From the NCBI GenBank assembly GCA_043823065.1, contig JBDRBB010000001.1, positions 1-64,000 on the forward strand: a DNA stretch of 64,000 nucleotides, written 5' to 3'. The notes under the pieces are model-generated. The model was not told where the DNA came from. It saw only the letters and a program-made list of their open reading frames with translations, and searched no databases. Source of the stretch: Pseudomonadota bacterium (GTDB taxonomy: Bacteria > UBA10199 > 2-02-FULL-44-16 > DYJF01). Every line of letters begins with the position of its first letter. Within the stretch, counting starts at the first letter, position 1. The translations under genes were made by a program, and so were the position numbers. Positions 33,722 through 43,910 of this stretch are shown here, piece by piece.

Positions 33722-35647
33722 TTATTCGTCTTTAGATTCCTCAAATTCTGCATCAACAACTTTTTCATCTTTTTTCTTGTCAGTTTTATCTCCTTTGGCG
33801 TTGCTTTCCTGGCTTTGTCCTTCTTGGGCAGCATCTTCTTGTTTAGGAGTCGCAGATTTATATAAAGCTTCTGATATTTTATAAGTAGCCTGTTGTAACT
33901 CTTCCATAGTTTTTTTTATTTTATCAGCATCTTTAGATTCAACTGCTTTTTTACATTCTTCCATAGCTTTTTCAGCCTCGGTTTTAGCTTTAGCATCAAT
34001 TTTATCTTTATTATCTTTGATCATTCTTTCTGTGCTGTAGACTAAAGAATCTGCTTGATTGCGCATTTCAATTTCTTCACGCAATTTTTTATCTTCAGCT
34101 TCGTGACTCTTGGCTTCTTTTACCAAACGATCAATGTCATTTTTTTCTAAACCAGAAGAAGAGGTGATAGTTATTTTTTGTTCTTTCTGAGTGGCCATAT
34201 CTTTGGCGCCAACGTGTACAATGCCGTTAGCATCAATATCAAAGCTCACTTCCACTTGAGGCACGCCGCGGGGTGCTGGTGGAATACCGTCTAAATGGAA
34301 ACGACCCAAGGTGCGATTGCCAGCAGCCATTTCTCTTTCACCTTGCAGAACGTGCACTTCAACTGAAGTTTGACTGTCAGCAGCAGTAGAAAAAATCTGA
34401 CTCTTTCTAGTAGGAATAGTGGTGTTTCTTTCAATTAATTTAGTCATTACTCCACCTAATGTTTCAATTCCCAAAGAAAGCGGAGTTACATCTAGCAGCA
34501 ACATATCTTTTACTTCGCCGGTTAGCACGCCAGCTTGCACGGCAGCGCCAGCAGCTACCACTTCATCAGGATTAACGCCTTTGTGCGGTTCACGGCCAAA
34601 AAAGTTTTTCACAATTTCTTGCACTTTTGGAATGCGGGTAGATCCACCAACCAAAATTACATCCTGAATATCTGATGGTTTCTTTTTGGCGTCAGCCAGG
34701 GCTTTCTTGCAGGGTTCAATAGTTTTTTCCAAAAGATCCATGACCAAAGATTCAAACTTAGCTCTGGAAATCTTTATGTTAAAATGTTTGGGGCCAGATG
34801 CATCAGCAGTTAGGAAGGGTAGGTTGATTTCTGTTTCCATGGTGCTAGATAGTTCACACTTGGCTTTTTCTGCAGCTTCGCGCAAACGTTGCAAAACCAT
34901 GCGGTCTTTGGAAACATCGATTCCCTGATCTTTTTTAAATTCTGAGATCAAATACTCCATAATGCGTTGATCCAAGTTATCACCGCCCAAATGCGTATCA
35001 CCATTGGTTGATTCCACTTCCACAACATTTTCACCAACATCTAAAACTGAAATATCAAAAGTGCCGCCTCCAAAGTCGAACACAGCTATGGTCTGATCTT
35101 TTTTCTTTTCTAAACCGTAAGCCATGGCTGCAGCGGTTGGCTCATTAACAATACGCTTAACCTCTAACCCAGCGATTTTGCCAGCATCTTTGGTTGCTTG
35201 GCGCTGACTATCATTAAAATAAGCAGGCACTGTAATTACTGCTTCTTTAACTTCTTCACCTAAATAGGCTTCTGCTGCTCTTTTGAGTTTTCTTAAAATA
35301 TGGGCTGAAATTTCTGGCGGAGCATAAGCTTTACCATCCACGATTATTTCAGCATCGCCATTGTCAGCTTTTTTTACTTCATAGGGAACTATGCGAATTT
35401 CCTCAGGAATTTCGTTATATTTGCGTCCCATAAAGCGTTTAATAGAATAAATAGTCTTTTCAGGATTAGTAATGGCTTGGCGTTTGGCAACTTGGCCTAC
35501 CAATATTTCGCCGTCTTTGGCAAAAGCAACTACAGAAGGGGTGGTTCTAGCCCCTTCTTCATTAGTGATTATTTTAGGTTCCCCACCTTCCATAATAGAT
35601 ACTACTGAATTGGTTGTTCCCAGATCGATTCCAATAACTTTACCCAT
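33722..35647 (-). CDS. dnaK: Chaperone DnaK
   Basis: [32 protein letters not shown]. Confidence 0.99.
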   Translation of the reverse strand: MGKVIGIDLGTTNSVVSIMEGGEPKIITNEEGARTTPSVVAFAKDGEILVGQVAKRQAITNPEKTIYSIKRFMGRKYNEIPEEIRIVPYEVKKADNGDAEIIVDGKAYAPPEISAHILRKLKRAAEAYLGEEVKEAVITVPAYFNDSQRQATKDAGKIAGLEVKRIVNEPTAAAMAYGLEKKKDQTIAVFDFGGGTFDISVLDVGENVVEVESTNGDTHLGGDNLDQRIMEYLISEFKKDQGIDVSKDRMVLQRLREAAEKAKCELSSTMETEINLPFLTADASGPKHFNIKISRAKFESLVMDLLEKTIEPCKKALADAKKKPSDIQDVILVGGSTRIPKVQEIVKNFFGREPHKGVNPDEVVAAGAAVQAGVLTGEVKDMLLLDVTPLSLGIETLGGVMTKLIERNTTIPTRKSQIFSTAADSQTSVEVHVLQGEREMAAGNRTLGRFHLDGIPPAPRGVPQVEVSFDIDANGIVHVGAKDMATQKEQKITITSSSGLEKNDIDRLVKEAKSHEAEDKKLREEIEMRNQADSLVYSTERMIKDNKDKIDAKAKTEAEKAMEECKKAVESKDADKIKKTMEELQQATYKISEALYKSATPKQEDAAQEGQSQESNAKGDKTDKKKDEKVVDAEFEESKDE

Positions 35648-35698
35648 AAATATCTCTCCTTTGCATATGCTATACTATATTGTTTTTAAGTGTTATTT

Positions 35699-35726
35699 CT
35701 ATGAGGTCTTTTAGTCGTAGAGTCAA
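35699..35726 (-). promoter_or_regulatory. Sigma32-like promoter for dnaK
   Basis: Minus strand cTTGACT-N14-CCTCATAG versus cTTGAA-N13/14-CCCCATnT. Confidence 0.5.
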
Positions 35727-35744
35727 GAGTTTGCAAGAAAATCA

Positions 35745-35771
35745 TTGACTTTACTCAGAAAATCCCCATTT
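35745..35771 (+). promoter_or_regulatory. Sigma32-like promoter for dnaJ
   Basis: TTGACT-N13-CCCCATTT. Confidence 0.6.
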
Positions 35772-35783
35772 TTATAGCCCCAT

Positions 35784-36851
35784 ATGATTAAAAAAGATTA
35801 TTATGAAGTGTTAAATGTAGCTAAAAACGCTGATTCTTCTGAAATTAAGAAGGCTTATCGCCGTTTAGCCCTTGAATATCATCCAGACCGTAATCATACC
35901 AAAAAAGATCCTCAAGCTGAGGAAAAATTCAAAGAAGCTTCTGAAGCCTATGAAGTGTTGAGTGACCCTTCTAAAAGACAAATTTACGATACATATGGCC
36001 ATCAAGGATTAGCAGGCTCTGGTTTTCAGGGATTTTCTGGTATGGATGACATATTTTCCTCTTTTGGCAGTGTTTTTGAGGAGTTTTTTGGAGGTTTTGG
36101 GTTTGAAACAAATTCTAGGCGTTCTGGTTCAAGACGGGCTTATGTAGGTGCTGATTTGCGCCATAATCTTAAAATTTCCTTTATGGAAGCAGCTTTTGGT
36201 GTGGAAAAGGAAATATTCATTACCAAACAGGAAATTTGCGAAAATTGTCAGGGAAACGGGCAAAAACCAGGTACACAACATAAACCTTGTCAGACTTGTC
36301 AAGGTTCTGGACAATTTACCCAAAGACAAGGTTTCTTTATTATGCAAACTACTTGCCCTCACTGCCAGGGAGCTGGCTCAATTATTGAAGAAGTATGTCC
36401 AGAATGTCGGGGCAAGGGACGAGTAAAAACAAAGAAGAAAATAAATGTTAAGGTCCCAGAAGGCATTGAAGACGGCATGCATTTAGTTTTGCGAGGGCAA
36501 GGGGAGGCTGGAGTTAATGGTGGCCCAGCAGGTGATCTTTATGTAATGATTGAAGTGGAAAAACATGATTTTTTTGAAAGACATGGCGATGATGTAATTT
36601 TAAAAGTTCCTATTTCCTTTGTGCAAGCTGCTTTGGGCGACAAGATCGAAGTTAATACTTTAGAAGGCAAGGAAAAGGTTGCTGTGCCAGCAGGTACGCA
36701 AAATAATGATCAGCTTAAATTAATGCATAGAGGTCTTACCAATGTGCATAGGCGTTACAAAGGGGATCAGATAATTATTTTTGAAGTTCAAATACCTAAA
36801 AAACTTTCTAAGCGTCAGCGTAAGCTATTAGAGGAATTTGCTGAAGAATAG
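35784..36851 (+). CDS. dnaJ: Chaperone DnaJ
   Basis: J domain HPD, G/F region, four CxxCxGxG repeats. Confidence 0.98.
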   Translation: MIKKDYYEVLNVAKNADSSEIKKAYRRLALEYHPDRNHTKKDPQAEEKFKEASEAYEVLSDPSKRQIYDTYGHQGLAGSGFQGFSGMDDIFSSFGSVFEEFFGGFGFETNSRRSGSRRAYVGADLRHNLKISFMEAAFGVEKEIFITKQEICENCQGNGQKPGTQHKPCQTCQGSGQFTQRQGFFIMQTTCPHCQGAGSIIEEVCPECRGKGRVKTKKKINVKVPEGIEDGMHLVLRGQGEAGVNGGPAGDLYVMIEVEKHDFFERHGDDVILKVPISFVQAALGDKIEVNTLEGKEKVAVPAGTQNNDQLKLMHRGLTNVHRRYKGDQIIIFEVQIPKKLSKRQRKLLEEFAEE

Positions 36852-36897
36852 TCAATTCCAGGTTGCAAATATAAGCACTATTGGCTAATAGAAAATT

Positions 36898-37821
36898 ATG
36901 CCTATTAACGCCACATTACGCTACTTCAAGATTACCACCAGTCTTAAACTATATTACCAACATTGGATTCCCCAAAATCCCAAAGCCTTGCTTATTTATG
37001 TGCATGATTTAGGCGATCATGTTGGTCGGCATGGTAATTTTGTAAAATATTTTGCAGAAAGAGGTTATGCAGTTAGTCTTTATGACCAACGAGGTCATGG
37101 TCAGACTGGTGGTGATCTTGGTAATGATGGGCATTTTCGGGAATTTGTTAATGATCTTTCTAGTTTTGTGCATTTTTCCAGAAATTCTGTGCCCAAAGGC
37201 ACTCCACTTTTTTTAGTTGGCCATGGTGTTGGTGCTCAATTTATTATTAATTTATTGGTTCCAGGTGTTAATTCCTTTAACGCTGGCATTGTTGCGCCAC
37301 CAGGCAAGATTCATGGTTTTATCACTATTTCTGCTTATATCAAACCTTTGTTGAATAATTTTCAATGGAAGGAGCGTTTTGAAGAAAAAATAGCCCGGAT
37401 TTATCCTTCCTGGACAGTGAAGAGCTTGATAGATCCTTGGCAACTTTCTGCAAATAAGGAGTTATGTACAGCTTATAGTGAAGATCCTTTGGTTATTCAA
37501 AAAATACCGATTCGTTTGCAAAAGGAAATTTTAGATAATACGCAAATTATCATGGCTATGGCTTCGCGAATTCGCATGCCTGCCCTGATGTTGCATGGTT
37601 TAGAAGACCAAATAGCTGCTGCTGAGGGCACTAAAGATTTTTTTTCGCGTCTCCCTTTTTCTTCGAATAATCTAAATGTTTATGAAGAAGGCTCACATGA
37701 ATTACTTAATGGTGAGACTAAAGATCTGGTTTTTACAGATATGGAAAGTTGGCTGGAATCAATTCCAAAAATTAATCAGCAAAAGGAAACCATATGCGAT
37801 CTGCCTTTATTTACTGCTTAG
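36898..37821 (+). CDS. Lysophospholipase-like alpha/beta hydrolase lacking the nucleophile Ser
   Basis: YDQRGHG, LMLHGLED, HELL; GHGVGA in place of GHSxGG. Confidence 0.85.
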   Translation: MPINATLRYFKITTSLKLYYQHWIPQNPKALLIYVHDLGDHVGRHGNFVKYFAERGYAVSLYDQRGHGQTGGDLGNDGHFREFVNDLSSFVHFSRNSVPKGTPLFLVGHGVGAQFIINLLVPGVNSFNAGIVAPPGKIHGFITISAYIKPLLNNFQWKERFEEKIARIYPSWTVKSLIDPWQLSANKELCTAYSEDPLVIQKIPIRLQKEILDNTQIIMAMASRIRMPALMLHGLEDQIAAAEGTKDFFSRLPFSSNNLNVYEEGSHELLNGETKDLVFTDMESWLESIPKINQQKETICDLPLFTA

Positions 37822-38363
37822 TTGTTTTAATTTTGTTTACTCAACTAATGGGTTGCGCGCGCACAACAAAATACAGCCGATCTCTAAGTAAATCTACGCA
37901 AAAAGGCCAATTATATAATTTGCAAACTTGGAATGCAGATGTGATTTGGTATGCCACTTTTTTTAGCGATAAGTTCAGGCGTGAATATGCCAAAGAATTT
38001 GCGCAGCTAAATCATCTGGGCCCTGTGGAAAGCGCGCGCTGGATGGCCAAACAAGCTGAATTGCAGGATAAATATTGGGAATTTTATTTAACAATCTACA
38101 CCAAAAAAGATTTTAAAGAATTTTCTATGAATCCAGAATCTTTTTGGCAGATTGATTTAACTACTAAGGGTGGCGCAACAGTAGAACCTACTTCTATTGA
38201 ACAGGTTTCTTACAAAGCTGCTGATCAAATAATGTTTCCTCATCTTAATCGTTGGTCCAGGTCTTACCGGGTATGTTTTCCAAAAATAGCGTTGGGAGAG
38301 GAAGTGGTGTTAAATTTAAAAAGCATGGTTGGCAAATCAACCCTGAGCTGGAAAGTAAAATAG
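37794..38363 (+). CDS. Hypothetical lipoprotein
   Basis: LMGC lipobox. Confidence 0.75.
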   Translation: MRSAFIYCLVVLILFTQLMGCARTTKYSRSLSKSTQKGQLYNLQTWNADVIWYATFFSDKFRREYAKEFAQLNHLGPVESARWMAKQAELQDKYWEFYLTIYTKKDFKEFSMNPESFWQIDLTTKGGATVEPTSIEQVSYKAADQIMFPHLNRWSRSYRVCFPKIALGEEVVLNLKSMVGKSTLSWKVK

Positions 38364-39716
38364 ATGAATCGAGCAGGCTTGCTGGGTAAAAAAATAAAGT
38401 GTACTTGTGGCCAGCAGCATCAGGTGCCAGTTGAAAAAGTAGTTATTAAAGGCAAAGCAATTGAGCTGTTGCCAAAACTTCTTAAAGACCTAAAAAACCC
38501 CAAAAAACTACTGATTGTTTCTGATAAAAATACGCACCAGATATTGGGAGAAAAACTGGCCAAAATTTTGCGGAAAAATAATTTTTTAGTGCAAGAGCTT
38601 GTTATGCAACAAGACCAGGTTGTAGCTGATGATGAAACGGCAAGTTGGGTAAGTCGGCAAGTAGAGAACCCAGATATTTTAGTTGCTTGTGGTTCTGGCA
38701 CAATTACAGATTTAACTAAATATGCTGCTTGGGAGCATAAAAAACCTTTTGTAGCTGTAGCTACAGCAGCTTCCATGAATGGCTATGCTTCTAATATTGT
38801 AGCTCTAACCTGCAAGGGATTGAAGAGAACCATAAAGGTCAATCCTGCTTTGGCAGTAATTGCTGATTTGGATATTATTTGTGCAGCACCATTTGCTATG
38901 ACTTGTGCTGGCTTAGGAGATGTAATATCTAAACCAGTAGCTAATGCTGATTGGAAACTGGCTTCTTTAATTAAAAAAGAACATTTTTGTAGCCTGCCTT
39001 TTGAATTAATAAAAGATTTAGAAGATATTTATTTTAATCAGATAAAATTGCTCAAGCAAACAGACCCCAAGATTATGGCTGCCTTAATGGAAGCCTTGAT
39101 CTATTCCGGGATATCCATGGTTATTGCTGGTTCTTCAGCTCCTGCATCGGGCGGAGAACATTTAATTTCCCACACCTTAGATATTCAGGCTAATTTGCAG
39201 GGCAAACAGCATGATTTTCACGGGGCACAAGTGGGGGTAGCCACCATTTTTACCTCACTTTTATACGAAAAAATGCTGAATTTTAAGGTTAAACAAATTC
39301 AGACGGAGCAAATAATTCAGAAGCAAAAAAATAAAAAAAATCAGACTGAGCAAGAAGTGGCGCTTAGAAAATATTGGTTGGATTTATATCCAGAAATTGC
39401 TGCTGAGTATGCTAAAAAGCAGATGTCTTGGGAAAAAAAGCAAGAAGAGCTCAAGTTTATTCAAGAAAATTGGGCAGAGATTGTTCACCAAATTCAACCT
39501 TTTTTGCTGTCAGCAGCAAAAATAAAACGCCTCTTGACAGATGGTGGGGCAAAGACTCATTATACAAAATTAGGTCTAAAGAAACAGGAGTTTAAGCAAG
39601 CAGTGCTTATGGCGCCTTTCATGCGGGCTAGATATACAATTTTAGATTTAGCCCAGGATTTTGGATTGTTAGAAAAATTTACAAACCAGATAATAGGAGA
39701 AGATAATCATGATTAA
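38364..39716 (+). CDS. sn-glycerol-1-phosphate dehydrogenase (AraM/EgsA type)
   Basis: CTCGQQH N-terminus, GSGTITD, TAASMNGYAS, PASGGEHLISH, HGAQVG. Confidence 0.88.
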   Translation: MNRAGLLGKKIKCTCGQQHQVPVEKVVIKGKAIELLPKLLKDLKNPKKLLIVSDKNTHQILGEKLAKILRKNNFLVQELVMQQDQVVADDETASWVSRQVENPDILVACGSGTITDLTKYAAWEHKKPFVAVATAASMNGYASNIVALTCKGLKRTIKVNPALAVIADLDIICAAPFAMTCAGLGDVISKPVANADWKLASLIKKEHFCSLPFELIKDLEDIYFNQIKLLKQTDPKIMAALMEALIYSGISMVIAGSSAPASGGEHLISHTLDIQANLQGKQHDFHGAQVGVATIFTSLLYEKMLNFKVKQIQTEQIIQKQKNKKNQTEQEVALRKYWLDLYPEIAAEYAKKQMSWEKKQEELKFIQENWAEIVHQIQPFLLSAAKIKRLLTDGGAKTHYTKLGLKKQEFKQAVLMAPFMRARYTILDLAQDFGLLEKFTNQIIGEDNHD

Positions 39717-40395
39717 AGCTGTTTTCTTTGATGTGGGTAACACGCTCTTCTTTTATAATTATGATTTTTTACGCGGTCTTTTAGAAGAACGCTATCAATT
39801 TGACGTGAGCAATGAAGAGTTAGAGGCCACCAGCAAAATTATTCAGAAATCTTTTGGTAAAATGATAAGAGAGGGTATGAGTCATACTGAAATAGCTTAT
39901 GAAGCTTATTTTAGCTGGTTTAGAGCGATTGGTATTCGAGAAGATAAAATCGATCATATTATTCAAACCATTAATACCCATCCTTTTAAACACTTATTTT
40001 GGGCCAAGATGGCTGATGGTGCAATTGACACGCTTAATTGGTTTTTAGATCGTGGTTATAAACTAGGAATAATTTCCAATGCTGAAGGACAAATTGAACG
40101 TTTAATTCGTCATGCAGGAATAGAGGATTGTTTTGAGATAATCTTGGATTCTCACGACGTTGGTTATCACAAACCCGATGAGCGTATATTTAAAAAAGCC
40201 TTAAAAACATTGAAAGTTAATCCGCAAGAAGCAGTTCATATAGGCGATTTAATAGAAGCAGATGTTTTAGGCGCTAGAGCAGCAGGTATTGAACCAATTT
40301 TAATTGATCGTGATAATTGCTATACTGATATTGATTGCCTAAGAGTTAACAAATTGCAGGAATTAAAAGATTTGCCGATATTTAATCAAGCATGA
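39709..40395 (+). CDS. HAD-family hydrolase
   Basis: FFDVGNTL, ISN, KPDERIF, HIGD-x4-DVLGA. Confidence 0.9.
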   Translation: MIKAVFFDVGNTLFFYNYDFLRGLLEERYQFDVSNEELEATSKIIQKSFGKMIREGMSHTEIAYEAYFSWFRAIGIREDKIDHIIQTINTHPFKHLFWAKMADGAIDTLNWFLDRGYKLGIISNAEGQIERLIRHAGIEDCFEIILDSHDVGYHKPDERIFKKALKTLKVNPQEAVHIGDLIEADVLGARAAGIEPILIDRDNCYTDIDCLRVNKLQELKDLPIFNQA

Positions 40396-41417
40396 ATTCC
40401 CAAAATATAACAGATGTTTCTTTAAGACAGCTAAAGTCTGCTGTACTTGAACTTGGGCTTAAGCCCTTTGCTGCTGATCAGCTGGTTTCCTGGTTATATA
40501 AAAAAAAGGTAACCAGCTTTGAAGACATGACCAATCTTTCCTTGCTGGCCAGGCAGGTGCTCAAAGAAAATTATTTTATTTTCAGACCAAAGCTGGTCAA
40601 AATTTGTCAAGCTAAAGACAGTACTAGAAAATTTGTTTTTCAATTAGCAGATGATGCTAAAATCGAATCAGTTTTAATCCCAGCTACAGACGAACGCTTA
40701 ACCTTGTGTATTTCTACCCAAGTTGGTTGTCCTATGGGTTGCGATTTTTGCCGCACAGCTAAGATGGGCTTTAAGCGAGATCTTAGCCAGGGTGAAATAT
40801 TGGCTCAAATTTTAGAAGTGCAAAAAGTTTGCGATCAGGAAGATCAGATTATTACTAATGTGGTTTTCATGGGCATGGGAGAACCTTTTGTTAATTATGA
40901 GGCAGTGGCCGGGGCAGTGGAGATTATGTTGTCAGAAAGAGGTATGAACTTTTCCAAAAGAAGAGTTACTATTTCAACTTCAGGCCTAATTCCCCAATTA
41001 ACCCAGTTTGCCAAGGATTATAATGTAAAGTTGGCGGTTTCCTTAAATGCGACCGAAGACAAAACACGCTCTAAATTAATGCCTATTAACAAACGTTATC
41101 CTATTGCGGATATTATAAATTTTGCCCGAAAATATACTAAGAATTCCCGTAATTATGTCACTTTTGAATATGTTTTAATTAAAGATGTTAATGATTCAAA
41201 AGAAGATATGCAGCGTTTAAGCAAATTGCTAAAAGGAATTAGAGCCAAGGTTAATTTGATTGCTTTTAATGCTTTTCCTGGTTCGTCCTATAAAGGACCT
41301 TCAGAAAAAAGAGTTTTAGAATTTCATAAATATTTAACTGAGCAAGGTATTCAAACCAATATTCGTTTAAGTAGGGGCCAAGATATATTAGCAGCTTGTG
41401 GACAGTTGGCAGGATGA
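40392..41417 (+). CDS. rlmN: Dual-specificity RNA methyltransferase RlmN
   Basis: CISTQVGCPMGCDFC, MGMGEP, AACGQL. Confidence 0.97.
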   Translation: MNSQNITDVSLRQLKSAVLELGLKPFAADQLVSWLYKKKVTSFEDMTNLSLLARQVLKENYFIFRPKLVKICQAKDSTRKFVFQLADDAKIESVLIPATDERLTLCISTQVGCPMGCDFCRTAKMGFKRDLSQGEILAQILEVQKVCDQEDQIITNVVFMGMGEPFVNYEAVAGAVEIMLSERGMNFSKRRVTISTSGLIPQLTQFAKDYNVKLAVSLNATEDKTRSKLMPINKRYPIADIINFARKYTKNSRNYVTFEYVLIKDVNDSKEDMQRLSKLLKGIRAKVNLIAFNAFPGSSYKGPSEKRVLEFHKYLTEQGIQTNIRLSRGQDILAACGQLAG

Positions 41418-41431
41418 GAAGGGAGAATTAA

Positions 41432-42295
41432 ATGAGCAAACATCTTATAGGTATCATTGGCGGCAGTGGTCTTTATGCAATGGAGGGGCTGGAAATCAAA
41501 GAAGAGAAAAAAATAGAAACTCCCTTTGGTGCTCCTAGTGATGCAGTGATGCTAGGAACAATGCAGGGGCAGCAAATCGCTTTTTTAGCGCGCCATGCCA
41601 GAGGGCATTTAATACCCCCGCATCAGATTAACTTTCGAGCCAATATTTATGCGCTAAAAACTTTGGGCGTTGATAGTATTATTTCTGTTTCAGCAGTTGG
41701 CAGTATGAAAGAAGATATCCATCCCGGTGATATTGTTATTGTAGATCAGTTTGTGGATCGCACTAAAGTCAGACATCAAACATTTTTTGAAGATGGAATT
41801 GTGGCTCATGTTTCTTTTGCTGATCCGGTTTGCAAGTGCCTAGCGGATAAATTGATAAAATCAGCCAAAAATATTGGAGCAAATGTGCATGAGAAGGGCA
41901 CTTATATCTGTATTGAAGGCCCCATGTTTTCTTCCCGTGCGGAATCTCATATTTATCGCAGCTGGGGAGTAGATGTTATTGGCATGACCAATTACCAGGA
42001 AGCAAAGCTGGCTAAGGAGGCTGAAATTTGTTATGCTACTATTGCTCTATCTACAGATTATGATTGCTGGCGCGTAGGGGAGGAAGCTGTGGATGTGGCC
42101 CAGGTTATAGAAGTAATGCATAAAAATGTGGAAACAGCGCAAAAGATTATAAAAGATGTTTTATCTAGCTTGAGTACAACTAAAACCTGTAATTGTAACA
42201 ATTGTTTGCAAAATAGCATTATGACAGCTCCAGATAAAATTTCTAAAGCAACTAAAAAACGACTAAAACCGATAATAGATAAATATATAAAATAA
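41432..42295 (+). CDS. mtnP: S-methyl-5'-thioadenosine phosphorylase
   Basis: GIIGGSGLY, TPFGAPSD, EGPMFSSRAES, IGMT, TDYDCW. Confidence 0.95.
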   Translation: MSKHLIGIIGGSGLYAMEGLEIKEEKKIETPFGAPSDAVMLGTMQGQQIAFLARHARGHLIPPHQINFRANIYALKTLGVDSIISVSAVGSMKEDIHPGDIVIVDQFVDRTKVRHQTFFEDGIVAHVSFADPVCKCLADKLIKSAKNIGANVHEKGTYICIEGPMFSSRAESHIYRSWGVDVIGMTNYQEAKLAKEAEICYATIALSTDYDCWRVGEEAVDVAQVIEVMHKNVETAQKIIKDVLSSLSTTKTCNCNNCLQNSIMTAPDKISKATKKRLKPIIDKYIK

Positions 42296-42301
42296 GGCTC
42301 T

Positions 42302-43021
42302 ATGCAACATAGTACGCAGGCTATAATTTTAAAAAAAATTTCCTATGGAGAGGCTGATTTAATTGTTACTTTCTTTGGTAGGGAAGAAGGGCGTTTAACT
42401 GGTATTGCCAAAAATGCCAGGCTTTCTCATAGGAGATTTGGCGGGGCTTTAGAGTTGGGTTCTTTGGTTAATTTGCATTATGTAACCAGGATTCATTCTA
42501 GCTTGGTACGGTTAGAAGATGCCCAAGTTAGTTATCCTACAACAGGTATTGTGCAATCTTTGGAAAGAATTAATGCCTTAGCTAAGTCGTTAGAATTGGC
42601 TTTGGCTTTTTTGCAAGAGCGACAAGCATCTCCTGAAAAATTTGATTTGCTCAGTAAGTATATATTTTTTCTCACTAAAACTGATCCTCAACCGCAAGAT
42701 TGCATTGCTTTTGAGCTTAAATGGCTATCTTTGGTTGGTTATAAACCACAGCTGGATAGTTGTTTAAACTGTGGCAGATATGATGAGCAGCCAGCTTGGT
42801 CGTTTTCTTTGGATCAAGGCGGAATTATGTGTTCACAATGTATCGGTTTGAATACAAAACTAGTTAGTTTGAATGAGCAATCTTTGCAAAACATGCGTCT
42901 TCTAGCTACTTCTCAAAAAGTTTCCATCACCAATTCCCAGGGACTGGCTATTCAGGGCTTATTGACAAATTATATTGAATATATTTTAGGCAGACCTCTA
43001 AATCTAATATATAATCTCTAA
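42302..43021 (+). CDS. recO: DNA repair protein RecO
   Basis: YGEADLIVTFF, RRFGGALE, two CxxC motifs. Confidence 0.93.
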   Translation: MQHSTQAIILKKISYGEADLIVTFFGREEGRLTGIAKNARLSHRRFGGALELGSLVNLHYVTRIHSSLVRLEDAQVSYPTTGIVQSLERINALAKSLELALAFLQERQASPEKFDLLSKYIFFLTKTDPQPQDCIAFELKWLSLVGYKPQLDSCLNCGRYDEQPAWSFSLDQGGIMCSQCIGLNTKLVSLNEQSLQNMRLLATSQKVSITNSQGLAIQGLLTNYIEYILGRPLNLIYNL

Positions 43022-43022
43022 T

Positions 43023-43865
43023 ATGCATATTTTTGACGATAACAAGCCAGAGTTGTTTCCCTACTTATTAGCATCCATATTGTTGCATATTTTATTGGTA
43101 GGTACTTTTACCAGTGGTTTAATCGATATTAAATTACCTGAATTAAAAGAAGAAGTGCTAGAAGTTATTCCTTTAACAGATGATGGTGGGCAATATCGTA
43201 TAGCTGATATAGACAGGCCAAGTGTAGAGAAAAGACCGGATAAAGCGCGTTTTTTGGGCAGCTATGATAGCAGTGTGGAAAAAGAAATTGTAGCGATGAC
43301 TCGCCGTAAAGGAAGCCCAGACGGAGCAAAAACTCCTAAAAAATCAGACGGACTAAAAAGATCACTTAAAGCAAAGAAGGGTAGTGAAGGCTCAATTTAT
43401 AATTTTGAGCACGAACTTTTTGCTATGAAGGCTCCTGCCGAGAGTCTAAAAACAGAGGAATCATCTAGCCAAGTTGCAGGCTCTGAAGCTCTGGAAGATT
43501 TTTATCCAGATTACACCATTGGTCCGCATACTTACTTAAATGTGCTGCGCTATCCAGATATAGATTATTTTGTGCGTATGAAGCGTCAATTCAAGATGAC
43601 TTTTAATCCAATTCCATCTTTAAAACAGCATTTTTCTGGAAATCAAGTGGCTCAAGGCACTGTAAATGTTGTTTTAGCTGTTAGTGTAGAAGGTGGTGGT
43701 AATATTTCTGAATTGTTTGTTATTCAGAGTTCCGGGATACCTACCTATGATCAAGAGGCTTTGCGAACTGTGCGTGCTTCTTCACCATTTGCTTCACCTC
43801 CTGAAAAATTTTTGGAAGATGACGGCATTTTGCGCATGAGTTGGACCTTTACCGTGTATTTATAA
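43023..43865 (+). CDS. TonB/TolA C-terminal domain protein
   Basis: N-terminal TM with SILLH, C-terminal SSG-x3-YDQEALRTVRASSPF. Confidence 0.85.
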   Translation: MHIFDDNKPELFPYLLASILLHILLVGTFTSGLIDIKLPELKEEVLEVIPLTDDGGQYRIADIDRPSVEKRPDKARFLGSYDSSVEKEIVAMTRRKGSPDGAKTPKKSDGLKRSLKAKKGSEGSIYNFEHELFAMKAPAESLKTEESSSQVAGSEALEDFYPDYTIGPHTYLNVLRYPDIDYFVRMKRQFKMTFNPIPSLKQHFSGNQVAQGTVNVVLAVSVEGGGNISELFVIQSSGIPTYDQEALRTVRASSPFASPPEKFLEDDGILRMSWTFTVYL

Positions 43866-43910
43866 ATTAATTATTCACCTAGTATTTAATCGTTCTCAGG
43901 AGGAGGAAAA

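Noticed and set aside
35648..35783. CIRCE operator between dnaK and dnaJ
   Set aside because: No TTAGCACTC-N9-GAGTGCTAA match
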